Shown: positions 9,717 through 19,280, numbered from the stretch's first letter. The stretch: 64,000 nucleotides of DNA from a virus (IMGVR_UViG_3300033070_001349:32001-96000), one strand, 5' to 3'. Notes: a model not told the origin generated them from the letters alone. Program-made: numbers and translations.

Positions 9717-10402
9717 CCCCCGTGGCCCCCGCCCTCACCGTCCAGTACCGCGGGACCTGTGGGGTGTGCTTCGAGCCCCACATGCTCACCGAGGCCCTCA
9801 CCGTCCGTCACCACGGGTGGTCGCAGCCGGGCAAGCACACCAAGCCGGTCCCGCGCGAGGCCTGGGAGAAGGGGTCCTGCTTCGGGAGTTGCCGCAGGCC
9901 CTACGAGCTCTCGGCCTCGGCGCCCAGGGCCTACCTCCACGAGGTGCTCTTCCCGGTGGCCGTCCAGCTCGACGCCTACATCGAACAGCTCCGCGGCCAG
10001 CCCCCGCTCCGATTCTCCGGGCGGACCCCCGTCCCGGGGCGGCCGGGCTACGTGGGGGAGCACCGGACTGGGGCCTTCGAGGTCTGTCTCCGCCCCGGCG
10101 ACCCGCACGGCAAGGGCATCCCCTCCTACTCGGCCCACCTCGGAAAGCTGATCGAGGAGGCCGTGCGGCGCCACGAGCGGGTCATGGCGGAGGGCCTGCG
10201 GTTCGTCGAACGAGTCGAGCGGTGGTCCCTGGCCCCGGTGGTGCCCGTCGGTGCCAAGCACGCGACCGCCCACCGGGAGAACCCCAAGCGGCCCGGCTTC
10301 GCCGTGTGTGGCAAGGACCTCCTCCCTCGCCGTGGCCCCCGGCCGAAGTACGCCGCCGCCCTCTCCGAGGTGACGTGCCTCCGGTGCCTCCCCACGCGGT
10401 GA
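9713..10402 (+). CDS. hypothetical protein
   Basis: GTGA overlap; GTCGVC..HG, CLRC. Confidence 0.6.
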   Translation: MTPVAPALTVQYRGTCGVCFEPHMLTEALTVRHHGWSQPGKHTKPVPREAWEKGSCFGSCRRPYELSASAPRAYLHEVLFPVAVQLDAYIEQLRGQPPLRFSGRTPVPGRPGYVGEHRTGAFEVCLRPGDPHGKGIPSYSAHLGKLIEEAVRRHERVMAEGLRFVERVERWSLAPVVPVGAKHATAHRENPKRPGFAVCGKDLLPRRGPRPKYAAALSEVTCLRCLPTR

Positions 10403-10404
10403 CG

Positions 10405-10418
10405 GAGTCATGTGGCTC
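10405..10418. repeat. dispersed 14-bp palindrome, copy 3
   Basis: GAGTCATGTGGCTC, 4 bp upstream of a -35 box. Confidence 0.85.
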
Positions 10419-10422
10419 CCGG

Positions 10423-10451
10423 TTGGCCTCGGGCGATGTATGCGCTAGGTT
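10423..10451 (+). promoter_or_regulatory. phage promoter (leaderless)
   Basis: TTGGCC-17-TAGGTT; ATG 6 nt downstream. Confidence 0.75.
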
Positions 10452-10457
10452 GTGTGT

Positions 10458-10688
10458 ATGGACCTCGAAGCCATCTACAAAGACATGCGGCGCCGCGGGC
10501 TCCCTGAGTGGAAACTACTCGTGACGGGCCGGGAGCCCCTCCGGCTCACCGTCCTGAAGATCCGCAACCGCGCCGACGAGCGCCTCGCCGCCCGCTACTT
10601 CGGCCACCGACTCCCCGGCGCCGTGCTCACCTACGACCGGGTCAGCGCGCCGCCCGGCATGACCCCCGTGAGGACTAGACCCCGATGA
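10458..10688 (+). CDS. hypothetical protein
   Basis: start at promoter. Confidence 0.65.
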   Translation: MDLEAIYKDMRRRGLPEWKLLVTGREPLRLTVLKIRNRADERLAARYFGHRLPGAVLTYDRVSAPPGMTPVRTRPR

Positions 10689-11509
10689 GCAACATCCGCG
10701 GCCTCAAGACCGACCCCGAAGCCTTCGAGCCCATCGCCTCGGGGGCGCAGCCCTTTCACGGGCTGTACGTCCAGCCCGGCTCCTACACGGTCGGGGACAC
10801 CCTCCACCTCCGCGAGTTCGCGCAGGGCGTGGGCTACACGGGTCGCGAGGTCCTTCGTCGCGTGACGTGCGTCGTCGCGGACCCGAAGCGCGCGGGAGGG
10901 AGCGGACTCGTGATCCTCGGACTCGCGAACGCCCCGCGCCCGGAACTCGCCGACCCGGACTACGTGTCGCGGCGCGTGACCAGCCTCCTCGCGACGATGG
11001 AGGGCCCCGCCTTCAAGGACCAGTGGAAGCAGACCCTCTACGCCTGGGTCTTGCGGGTGAGGAGCCCGAAGGAGGCGGTGTCCATGAACTCGATCGTCGC
11101 GCTCCTCGGCGCCGCCCGGTGGCGCAAGGCGGAGGTCGAGGGCCTCCCGACCGACGTGTGGGCCGTCCAGACCTCCGACCTCCAGGCGACCCCCCGGGTG
11201 GTGCGGCTCGACCACCTTCACCCCGACGAGCCCCTCCAACTCCGCCCGGCCGGAGCCCCGTGGCGCTACGAACTCGTGACCGACCACACGCGCGGCTTGA
11301 CCCCCGCTCGTGCCCTCGTTCCGCTTACGATGATCGTCGGTCCGGCGCGGAAGGGGGAGGCGATCTACGACTTCGCCGCCGGTCCCCTCCGCCCCGACTC
11401 CATTTCGATCGCCGATCGCGAGGGGCTTCTCCTGGCCGGGGCGGAGGGCTACCTCTACCCGAGGCACTGCCTCGCGTACGGCCTCACGTCCGCCCTCATC
11501 ACGCCGTAG
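10685..11509 (+). CDS. ASCH/DUF3850-like N-terminal domain protein
   Basis: LKT.PE.FE.IASG...Y.VGDTL.LREF....YTGREV.RRVT.V. Confidence 0.75.
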   Translation: MSNIRGLKTDPEAFEPIASGAQPFHGLYVQPGSYTVGDTLHLREFAQGVGYTGREVLRRVTCVVADPKRAGGSGLVILGLANAPRPELADPDYVSRRVTSLLATMEGPAFKDQWKQTLYAWVLRVRSPKEAVSMNSIVALLGAARWRKAEVEGLPTDVWAVQTSDLQATPRVVRLDHLHPDEPLQLRPAGAPWRYELVTDHTRGLTPARALVPLTMIVGPARKGEAIYDFAAGPLRPDSISIADREGLLLAGAEGYLYPRHCLAYGLTSALITP

Positions 11510-11543
11510 TCTCCGGGCCCTCGGGGTGATACACCCGGCGCCC

Positions 11544-12203
11544 ATGACCCCTGAGCGCAAGTCCATCATCCTCAAGACCGGCCTCGGCCTCGCCGCCCTC
11601 CTCGTCCTGACCCTCGTCGGGGCCTTCGTCGGCAAGCGCTTCTTCACCCCGAACCAACACAACCCCGCCAAGCACGGCACCGTCCAGGTCCGGCTCGGGC
11701 CCGGGTGGACCGCGGCGGAGCGCGCAACGATCCTCTCTGAGTTCCCGATGCTCGAACGCCTCGGCCCGCGGTTCGAGTGGGCCCCGGACGGCGACCTGAG
11801 CGCCCCCTCTCCCCCCGGCCCGGTCCGCGGGATCATCCGCCACGTCGTGGTCTACCGCGGCGACTGGGGGCCCGCCGGGTGCCGCTCGCGCGGGTTCGGC
11901 GCGGGCTACTACGACACGGTCGCCTACACGGTGTGGGTCGACCCGGTCTGCGCCCCCGGCGAGGCCCTCGCAGCGGTCTTCGCTCACGAGGTCGGCCACG
12001 CCCTCGGCATGGGCCACGTCTGCCGGTCGGCCGGGGACACGACCCCCGACGCCCGGTGCTCCCCGGTGGGCTACGACCCGCACTCCGTGATGAACCCGGG
12101 TATGCCCGAGGCCAGCGGCCTCGACCTGTCGGTGCCCCCGCTCGCGCCGAGCTACAAGGACCTCGAAGAGTTCAACCGCGTGATGCTCATTCGACCCGAG
12201 TGA
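11544..12203 (+). CDS. membrane-anchored metzincin (matrixin-like) protease
   Basis: N-terminal hydrophobic helix; HEVGHALGMGH; Met-turn SVM. Confidence 0.85.
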   Translation: MTPERKSIILKTGLGLAALLVLTLVGAFVGKRFFTPNQHNPAKHGTVQVRLGPGWTAAERATILSEFPMLERLGPRFEWAPDGDLSAPSPPGPVRGIIRHVVVYRGDWGPAGCRSRGFGAGYYDTVAYTVWVDPVCAPGEALAAVFAHEVGHALGMGHVCRSAGDTTPDARCSPVGYDPHSVMNPGMPEASGLDLSVPPLAPSYKDLEEFNRVMLIRPE

Positions 12204-12204
12204 C

Positions 12205-12232
12205 TTGACGCCCTCAACCCATGCGCTAGATT
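12205..12232 (+). promoter_or_regulatory. phage promoter (leaderless)
   Basis: TTGACG-16-TAGATT; ATG 6 nt downstream. Confidence 0.8.
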
Positions 12233-12238
12233 AGGCGC

Positions 12239-12685
12239 ATGGAGACCAACGCGAGCGAACTCTGGGGCGTCGAGTACAAGGACGGAGCCGTCAAGGAGTT
12301 CCGCGTCGACCACCGCCCCACCTACCTGGGCCCCGCGTGGTGCGTCGAGCTCCCCCGGGGGTGGCAGGCCACGAAGGCGAGGGGCCCGCGCGAGGCCCTC
12401 GAAGCCGTGGCGACGATGGAGCGGTGGGAGGTCGAGCGCCTCGTGCCGCCCGCAAGTGACTCCCCCGTCACCTACCGGGTCGAGTTCGTGGACGGCTCGA
12501 CGCGCCCCGTGGCGGCGTGCGGCGGCAAGGCGTGGCTCCCGGAGCGCCCGGGGACCTACGTCTACTCGGACGATGCCGAACGCGAGGCGGTCACGATGCT
12601 CGCGGCGCACCTCCGGTGGCCCGTCCAGTCCATCCTCGCCCCCGGCCAGAAGACCCGCGCCGAGCTTGCGGGGGGGAGGGGATGA
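12239..12685 (+). CDS. hypothetical protein, internal repeat
   Basis: C-terminus ILAPGQKTRAELAG resembles that of 31175-31492. Confidence 0.65.
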   Translation: METNASELWGVEYKDGAVKEFRVDHRPTYLGPAWCVELPRGWQATKARGPREALEAVATMERWEVERLVPPASDSPVTYRVEFVDGSTRPVAACGGKAWLPERPGTYVYSDDAEREAVTMLAAHLRWPVQSILAPGQKTRAELAGGRG

Positions 12686-13623
12686 GCGCCGCGCACTCCA
12701 TGGGGACCACGGCCACCGCCACCCTCCCCCCGGTTTCCCCCGAGGCCGTCCTCGCCCTCAAGGCCACCCTCCCCTCGGACCCGGCCGAGGCGTGGGAGGC
12801 CCTGGCCGCCCGAGGGATGATCCCCACGAGCTGGACGACCGACCGGGTCTTCGCCTCCCTCCCCCACCCCCCGCGGGTCAACGTCCGCTCCATGTGGATC
12901 CCCGACACGGACGCCCTGGTCGAGGTCATCGTCGAGGCCCGGTCTCACCCGGAGGCGGAGGCCCTCCTCTCCGCGGGGCTCTTCTTCGGCCCGGTTTCCC
13001 ACTGCCGGGCGAGCTCGCTCCGAGGCGTCCCCTACTTCACCAACCGCGAGCTCTTCGCGTTCCTGGCCGACGGGGACCGGACCCCGGCGGGCTACTACAT
13101 GGGCTTCCTCAACTGGCAGGCCTCGCGGCGGTTCACGAGCATCCCCCGGGACCAGCTACCGGCCCACTACGGGCCCTTCACCCTGATCCGCGGAGGGGTC
13201 GAGCTCGAAGAGGGCGGAACCTACCGCGCGGTCCTCGGTCGCATGGAGCCCGGCGAGGAGCCCGCCTTCCGTGGGCGGTTCCCGGGGTACGGTGCCGGGC
13301 CAATCGCCGCCCTCCACGCCGACCGGATGCTCAAGGCGGAGGCCCTCCTCACCGAGCTTGGGGTGTCCGGGTGGACCTGGGCCTTCACGAGCTTCCTCCA
13401 CTACGCCAACTACCTCGCGCTCCTCACCCCGGAGGTCGCGGACTGCTTCGTCGAGAGCGGCACCTTCCCGTCGAACCCGAACAAGCTCAAGCGGCTCCTC
13501 CGGGCGCTCCTCGGAGTACCGGCCGATCGCCCCCGGCTCGTCGAGGTCGCCGAGGAGCTCAAGGCCCTCGGGGTCCGGCCCTGGCGGGACGGGGACACCC
13601 CGGGCCTCGCCCTGGTGCTCTAG
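12682..13623 (+). CDS. hypothetical protein
   Basis: GGAGG RBS, ATGA overlap. Confidence 0.65.
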   Translation: MSAAHSMGTTATATLPPVSPEAVLALKATLPSDPAEAWEALAARGMIPTSWTTDRVFASLPHPPRVNVRSMWIPDTDALVEVIVEARSHPEAEALLSAGLFFGPVSHCRASSLRGVPYFTNRELFAFLADGDRTPAGYYMGFLNWQASRRFTSIPRDQLPAHYGPFTLIRGGVELEEGGTYRAVLGRMEPGEEPAFRGRFPGYGAGPIAALHADRMLKAEALLTELGVSGWTWAFTSFLHYANYLALLTPEVADCFVESGTFPSNPNKLKRLLRALLGVPADRPRLVEVAEELKALGVRPWRDGDTPGLALVL

Positions 13624-13655
13624 CCGTCCGTCCTCGCGCCGTGGTACTCCGGGCC

Positions 13656-14462
13656 ATGGGCTACACCAACCTCGCCACCGGCACCGGCCTCGTGATCGAC
13701 GGCTCCAGGGTCAACGTCCCCGGGGTCAACGTCCTCAACTTCTCCGACGCCCCCGAGCTCGCCATGAGCGACGCGGACGGCGAGACGCGCCTCCCGACCG
13801 AGGCGATCCACCTCCTCGTCCTCCACACCACGACGGGCCGGATGCCCCAGCGCCTCCAGCCTGGGAAGGGCCCCGCCGGGGACCTCGCCGAGCGCAACGC
13901 CCGGTCGTGGTCGGGCTCCGCCCGGGTCGCCTCCGCTCACCTCATCGTCGACCTCGACGGTCAGGTCGTCCAGATCGCCGACCTCGCGAAGAAGATCACC
14001 TACCACGCGGGGCACAAGGCGGTGAACCACCACTCCATCGGGGTCGAAATCGCCATCACTGGCGACGGGAAGCTCTACGAGGGCCAGATGGATGCCCTCA
14101 TGGCCGTGGTGAACCTCCTCACCCGGCACCCGCGCTTCAACCTCGTCAGGACGTACGCGAAGGGCTCCTGGCCGATGGCGGGCATCGCCGACTTCCGCGG
14201 GGTCATCTCGCACCGCGACGTGGGCAACCGCGGCGAGGGGGACTGCGGCCCGGTCCCCTACCAGTACCTCGACCGGCACAACTACACCCCCCTCGCCTTC
14301 CCCGGCCCGGCCCAGGCGAGCTTCTGGAAGGACGTGCAGGCCAAGATGAACACCATGCGGCCCGGCAAGCCCGCCCTCTCCGTGGACGGCATCCCCGGCC
14401 GGATGACCTTCGACGCCCTCCGCGAGCTCCGCGCGGCCGGGTACGGCGCCGAGCTCCCGTAG
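13656..14462 (+). CDS. N-acetylmuramoyl-L-alanine amidase (endolysin) with PG-binding tail
   Basis: LVLHTT, ASAHLIVDLDG, YHAG..N..SIGVEI, HRDV; VDGIPGRMT. Confidence 0.85.
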   Translation: MGYTNLATGTGLVIDGSRVNVPGVNVLNFSDAPELAMSDADGETRLPTEAIHLLVLHTTTGRMPQRLQPGKGPAGDLAERNARSWSGSARVASAHLIVDLDGQVVQIADLAKKITYHAGHKAVNHHSIGVEIAITGDGKLYEGQMDALMAVVNLLTRHPRFNLVRTYAKGSWPMAGIADFRGVISHRDVGNRGEGDCGPVPYQYLDRHNYTPLAFPGPAQASFWKDVQAKMNTMRPGKPALSVDGIPGRMTFDALRELRAAGYGAELP

Positions 14463-14506
14463 CACTCGCCTTGCGGTAATTCCGGCCCCCGGTGTAGGGT
14501 AGTCGC

Positions 14507-14821
14507 GTGAACCGCCGCACCCTGGCCGAGATGATGAACCTCTCCGAGGCGACCCCCCTCACCTTCCTCTCCCCGCTCCCCGGGCAGACCACGGCCAAGC
14601 CCCGGGCGAAGGTCCAGCGCAAGTTCGAGGAGGTCCGCGACGCCCTCTCCAAGGCCCAGGTCGCGGTCGAGAAGCTCACGGGCTTCCTCGTCCCGAACGA
14701 GCTCTCGGAGGAGGATATCCAGCGGGCCCTCGACGCCCTCAAGGACCTCGACGACGCCGGGAGCTCGCTCACGTCGGCGGGCGCCGCCCTGACGAAGGCA
14801 GTGGAGGGGTGCAAGCCGTGA
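14507..14821 (+). CDS. shared-N-terminus family member 1
   Basis: MNRRTLAEMMNLSE. Confidence 0.7.
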   Translation: MNRRTLAEMMNLSEATPLTFLSPLPGQTTAKPRAKVQRKFEEVRDALSKAQVAVEKLTGFLVPNELSEEDIQRALDALKDLDDAGSSLTSAGAALTKAVEGCKP

Positions 14822-15186
14822 ATCACGGGACCCTGACGGAGATGATGCGGCTGGCGGAGACCTACGCCACGTCCCCGATCGCGCCGATCCCGACCCTCGG
14901 GGTGCGGGGGCTCACCGGGGAGGCCAACCCCAACGTCGCCCCCTCGACCCACCGCTCGAACCCCGCGCTCGACCAGGAGATCCTGAAGGCAGTCGAGATG
15001 CTCGAACGGGCCATGAAGTCGGCGCGGGCCAACCTCGGGCACATCTTCAACCAGATGCGCGACCACCAGGACAAGAACCCCACGCACGACCGGCTCCAGA
15101 TGCTCCTCGTGGTGATTCAACAGACCTACGAGACGTGCCAGTCGGTCGAGGAGCTCGCCCGCACTGACCTCCGCAACCCCCGCTGA
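14818..15186 (+). CDS. shared-N-terminus family member 2
   Basis: MNHGTLTEMMRLAE. Confidence 0.7.
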   Translation: MNHGTLTEMMRLAETYATSPIAPIPTLGVRGLTGEANPNVAPSTHRSNPALDQEILKAVEMLERAMKSARANLGHIFNQMRDHQDKNPTHDRLQMLLVVIQQTYETCQSVEELARTDLRNPR

Positions 15187-15206
15187 CCAGGGACGAGACC
15201 GTGCCA

Positions 15207-15860
15207 ATGGACCGACGGATGCTCTACGAGATGCAGGTGCTCGCCGGGGTGCGCTCCCAGGAGATGGGGGCCCGGCCCGACCTCGGCCGGGGGGTCCTCT
15301 CCGAGGAGTCCGAAGCCGCCTACCGCATGTCCTACCCGGGCTACGCCGCCCTCTCCGTGCTGACCCGGGCGGTCTTCGACCTCCACGGCATCCTCGCCCA
15401 GATGAAGGCCGAGCTCGACTCCTTCGTCTTCTCGGACGGGGAGTACGCGAAGCGCGCCGCGGCCATGCGCGACGGCCCGGTCGCGTCCCTCCACGAGCTC
15501 GTCCTGAAGCTCGGGTACGCGATCGACAACGACTTCACGACCGGCTGGCGCTACCGCCGGGTCAAGGGCTCCGACGACGAGATGCCCACGGCCGGGCGGA
15601 TGCCCGTTCTCGTCCTCCACGCCTTCGGCGAGCTCGCCGAGGTGGCCGCTATCGGCCAGCGGGTCAAGCCCAAGCTCGCCCGGATGCGGGAGGACAGCCG
15701 CCGGGAGTCCCTCGGGGGCGGGAGCCTGGACGGCCCCTCCCTGGCGGCCATCACCAAGGCCTTCGACGCCCTGACCGACAAGGGCGAGAACCTCCTCGAA
15801 CGCATCTCCAAGGGCGTCGAGGACTTCGCCGCCGAGATCGCCCGCAACGACGCCCGCTGA
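15207..15860 (+). CDS. shared-N-terminus family member 3
   Basis: MDRRMLYEMQVLAG...VLSEE. Confidence 0.7.
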   Translation: MDRRMLYEMQVLAGVRSQEMGARPDLGRGVLSEESEAAYRMSYPGYAALSVLTRAVFDLHGILAQMKAELDSFVFSDGEYAKRAAAMRDGPVASLHELVLKLGYAIDNDFTTGWRYRRVKGSDDEMPTAGRMPVLVLHAFGELAEVAAIGQRVKPKLARMREDSRRESLGGGSLDGPSLAAITKAFDALTDKGENLLERISKGVEDFAAEIARNDAR

Positions 15861-15881
15861 TTCAGGAGAGACCGCCACACC

Positions 15882-16730
15882 ATGGACGCCCGAACCCTCA
15901 CCGAGATGGCGGCCCTCGCCGACCGCCGGTACATCCCCCCGAACATCGCCCGGCGGATCCTCTCCGAGGAGGGCGGCATGGGGGCGGCCGAGCCCACCGT
16001 CGACCACCACCTGAGCCACGCCCACCACCACGCGACGGCCGCACTCACGGCCTCGCGCCTCGGGGACGCCGACGCGGCCCAGAAGCACTCCGCGGCGGCC
16101 AACAAGCACCTCCTGTCCGCCGCCCAGAAGCAGCGGGCCGAGGACCACCCGAGCGCCCACGGCCCGGACGAGAAGATGGTCTTCGGGGTGTGGCGCAAGA
16201 CGGGCAAGGAGCACTCCCCCGCCGAGCACCACGCCATCGGGGACAAGTACGCCCGGCACGCCCACCGGCAGAAGCAGCGGATCGACACCCGCGCGATGCT
16301 CTCCGGGGTGCACCCCTCCGAGGTCCCCGACCACGAGAAGGACCACCACTACCGCGAGGTCAAGCAGGCCCTCTCCCTCGCGAAGACCCACTACGCCGGG
16401 CAGGACCCGATGAAGCACCCGGGGATCGCCAAGCACCCCCACAAGCAGGGCGCGGCCGGGGCCAAGCCCGAGGTCCAGGGGTCGGTCGCCGACTCCCGCG
16501 TCCCCCTCGGGAACCCGGTGGGCGAGGGCGACCGGCCGCTCCCCCTCCTCCCGACCTCGCGCCACAACCCCGCCCACCAGGGCCTCCAGAACATCGACCC
16601 GCACCCCTACCTGCACAGCAAGCACCCGGACGCCAAGCCCGGGGCGACGACGCAGATCAAGGGGCACAACTACGTCAAGGGCCAGAACGGGAAGTGGCGG
16701 TACACGCACCGCACGCCCATCACCCCCTGA
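15882..16730 (+). CDS. His-rich family member 4
   Basis: MDARTLTEMAALAD..ILSEE; EKMVFGVWRK. Confidence 0.75.
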   Translation: MDARTLTEMAALADRRYIPPNIARRILSEEGGMGAAEPTVDHHLSHAHHHATAALTASRLGDADAAQKHSAAANKHLLSAAQKQRAEDHPSAHGPDEKMVFGVWRKTGKEHSPAEHHAIGDKYARHAHRQKQRIDTRAMLSGVHPSEVPDHEKDHHYREVKQALSLAKTHYAGQDPMKHPGIAKHPHKQGAAGAKPEVQGSVADSRVPLGNPVGEGDRPLPLLPTSRHNPAHQGLQNIDPHPYLHSKHPDAKPGATTQIKGHNYVKGQNGKWRYTHRTPITP

Positions 16731-16753
16731 GCACCCCCCGAGGAGCCCGACCG

Positions 16754-17536
16754 ATGCCCCTGCCCCTTCACGAGATGCGCACCCTCCTCCGGCTCGCTAC
16801 CACCCCGGCCCACGTCCTGGCCGAGGAGGGGGAGGGAGACCACGAGGGCGAAAAGATGGTCTTCGGGACGTGGCGGCCGGTAGATCCGAACGCCACGCCT
16901 GAGGCTCTTCACGCGCACGCGGACCACCACAAGGCCCACCGCGACAAGCACTTCGCCGCTTCTACCGCGGCCATGAAAGCAGCGTCCGTCGCCAAGTCCA
17001 AGGGGGACCACGAGACCGCTGCCAAGCACCTTCAGGTCGGGTTCGAGCACCAGAAGCAGGGCGAGGCCCACCAAGACGTGCAACTGGCCCTCCGCGCGGC
17101 GGCCTTCGGTCACGGCAAGGCCTCCGACATCGTGGTCCCCAAGGACGATGCCGAAGCGTCGAAGCACTACCACAACCGCGCGGTGAAGACCCTCTACGCA
17201 CGAGCGAAGAAGGCCGGGTCGCCTATCACTGCCGACGTGGCGAAGATCGGGTGGAGCGAGCACAAGTCCCCTGCGGCGAACCACCAGATGACGGACAAGT
17301 GGCAACACACCCCCGGGTGGGGCGAAGCGCAACCGGCCCTTCACGGGCACGGCGGCGACACCCGGGGTCCCGACGACGTGCCGATCCACAGCGTCACGAA
17401 GAAGTCCCCCCTCGGCCCCTCGATGACCCTGACGGCGTACGGCGGGAAGGACCCGGCGAAGCCCAAGAAGGTGAGCGCGGGCATCAAGCTCCACCTCCCC
17501 AAACACCCGGGCGGGGGATGGCCCCCGAAGAAGTAG
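16754..17536 (+). CDS. His-rich family member 5
   Basis: AGGAG RBS; LHEMRTLLRLA..VLAEE; EKMVFGTWRP. Confidence 0.75.
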   Translation: MPLPLHEMRTLLRLATTPAHVLAEEGEGDHEGEKMVFGTWRPVDPNATPEALHAHADHHKAHRDKHFAASTAAMKAASVAKSKGDHETAAKHLQVGFEHQKQGEAHQDVQLALRAAAFGHGKASDIVVPKDDAEASKHYHNRAVKTLYARAKKAGSPITADVAKIGWSEHKSPAANHQMTDKWQHTPGWGEAQPALHGHGGDTRGPDDVPIHSVTKKSPLGPSMTLTAYGGKDPAKPKKVSAGIKLHLPKHPGGGWPPKK

Positions 17537-17544
17537 CCCCGGCC

Positions 17545-18540
17545 GTGTGGTCCCCCCGCGCCCTCCTCGCCGAGCGGTCCAGCCCGAAGGGTACGAGCTC
17601 GTGGGCGGCCGTCGTCCTCGCCCTCGACGGCCCCTCCCGGTCCGCCCTGGCGATCGAGGACGGCCTCCCCTCTAAGGAGCTCCACTGCACCCTCACCGTC
17701 CACGGCAAGGTCGACGAGCTCGGGCCCGACGCCTTCGAGAAGCTCAAGCGAGCGGTCGAGGGGTGGGCCGGGGGTCGGGCCCCCTTCGAGGCCCAGGTCG
17801 GAGGGATCGGGCGCTTCGCTGGGGACGACGAGGGCGGGGACCCGGTCTACCTCCCGGTCGACTGCGCACGGCTCACTCGGGAGCGTCCTGACCTCCTCAA
17901 GGCCCTGGCGAAGGAGGGCGTGAAGGCCCGCGAGGACCACGGCTTCAACGCCCACATCACCCTGGCCTACATCGACCCCGAGGACGACCTCCCGGTGCAG
18001 CGCATCGACAAGCGCACCCTGACCTTCGGCCGCGTCGAGGTCTGGTACGGCGGGAAGCGGGCAGGGTACAATCTCTCGAAGGAAGCACAGGAGCACGTTC
18101 GCATGGATGCCAGGACGCTACGGGCCCTCTCGGAGATCGCCTCCACCCCCACGGAGAGGCTCGCGCAGCGCCTCCGCGAGGCCGAGGAGCCTTCGGGCGG
18201 CCACGAGGGGGAGAAGATGGTCTTCGGGACGTGGCGCAAGCTCGGGCCCGACGCCGCCGGGAAGAAGCCCGGGGAGCCGGGCTACAAGGGGCCCACGCAG
18301 AACCAGCGCCGCCACGGCGCCGAGCTCAACAAGCACGGCGACGCCGAGAAGGACTGGACCGTGTGGGGCCCCCACCCCACGGCCAGGGGAAAGTGGAACT
18401 ACCTCGGGACGCACAAGGGCACCTACGCCTCCGCCCTGACCAAGTACGCCGACGACCCGGGCTTCCACACGAGCGGGAAGAAGAACTACCAGGGCGTCAT
18501 CAAGCCGTCGAGCGACCACACCCGGGTCAAGATCCAGTAG
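17545..18540 (+). CDS. 2H phosphoesterase (2'-5' RNA ligase/Acb1-like) fused to family module
   Basis: HCTL and HITL 2H motifs; internal MDARTLRALSE and EKMVFGTWRK; start uncertain. Confidence 0.75.
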   Translation: MWSPRALLAERSSPKGTSSWAAVVLALDGPSRSALAIEDGLPSKELHCTLTVHGKVDELGPDAFEKLKRAVEGWAGGRAPFEAQVGGIGRFAGDDEGGDPVYLPVDCARLTRERPDLLKALAKEGVKAREDHGFNAHITLAYIDPEDDLPVQRIDKRTLTFGRVEVWYGGKRAGYNLSKEAQEHVRMDARTLRALSEIASTPTERLAQRLREAEEPSGGHEGEKMVFGTWRKLGPDAAGKKPGEPGYKGPTQNQRRHGAELNKHGDAEKDWTVWGPHPTARGKWNYLGTHKGTYASALTKYADDPGFHTSGKKNYQGVIKPSSDHTRVKIQ

Positions 18541-18562
18541 AAAACAATTCGACTGGCGGCCC

Positions 18563-18590
18563 TTGACGGGTCCGATCTAGGTGCTAGATT
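18563..18590 (+). promoter_or_regulatory. phage promoter
   Basis: TTGACG-16-TAGATT; AGGAG leader. Confidence 0.8.
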
Positions 18591-18613
18591 GTGAAGCACA
18601 GGAGATCGAGACC

Positions 18614-19228
18614 ATGAACACCGCCGCCGCCACCGCCAACGTCCCCGCCGAGACCACCCCCGTCACCACCACCATCGCCCCCTGGACGGCGCCCGAGTCC
18701 TCGGACCCGGCGTACCTCCACGGCCTCGCCGACGCCCACCGCGCGAGCCGCGACGCCCTCCGCACGGTCGCCAACGACTGCATGACCCAGGCGGTCGGCC
18801 AGCTCAAGGCCGGGGACGCCGACGCCGCGCAGGCCCTCTTCGACGCGGGCTTCCACGCCCAGGCCCTCTCGGAGGCCCACGACGACGTGCGCGCGGGCTT
18901 CCGCGGCGCCGCGCAGATCAACGACGGCAAGGCCGCCGTGAAGATCGTGGTCCCGACCTCGGACGAGGTCGCGGCGGCCACCTACCACAACCGCGCGCTC
19001 AAGTTCTGGCGCCGCCGGGCCCACATCAGCCAGCACACCTGGATCCTCCTCCGCCCCTTCACCATGGCGGTCGAGTTCTCCGCGACCCGCCCCTCGTGGG
19101 CCAACCGCGGCCTCGCCCAGGACGGGTCGTCCGCGAGCCTCGCCGCCAAGTTCGGGTCCCCCGTCGCCCTCGACGAGGGGGAGGACGAGGGGGACGACGC
19201 GGCCGAGGTGCAGGGCGAGCAGATCTGA
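18614..19228 (+). CDS. hypothetical protein, paralogous to central domain of 16754-17536
   Basis: IVVPTSDEVAAATYHNRALK vs IVVPKDDAEASKHYHNRAVK. Confidence 0.7.
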   Translation: MNTAAATANVPAETTPVTTTIAPWTAPESSDPAYLHGLADAHRASRDALRTVANDCMTQAVGQLKAGDADAAQALFDAGFHAQALSEAHDDVRAGFRGAAQINDGKAAVKIVVPTSDEVAAATYHNRALKFWRRRAHISQHTWILLRPFTMAVEFSATRPSWANRGLAQDGSSASLAAKFGSPVALDEGEDEGDDAAEVQGEQI

Positions 19229-19280
19229 GCGAAGGGGAGGGGCCTTGCCCGCCGGGGCCGGGCCCTTCTACTCTCCCTCG

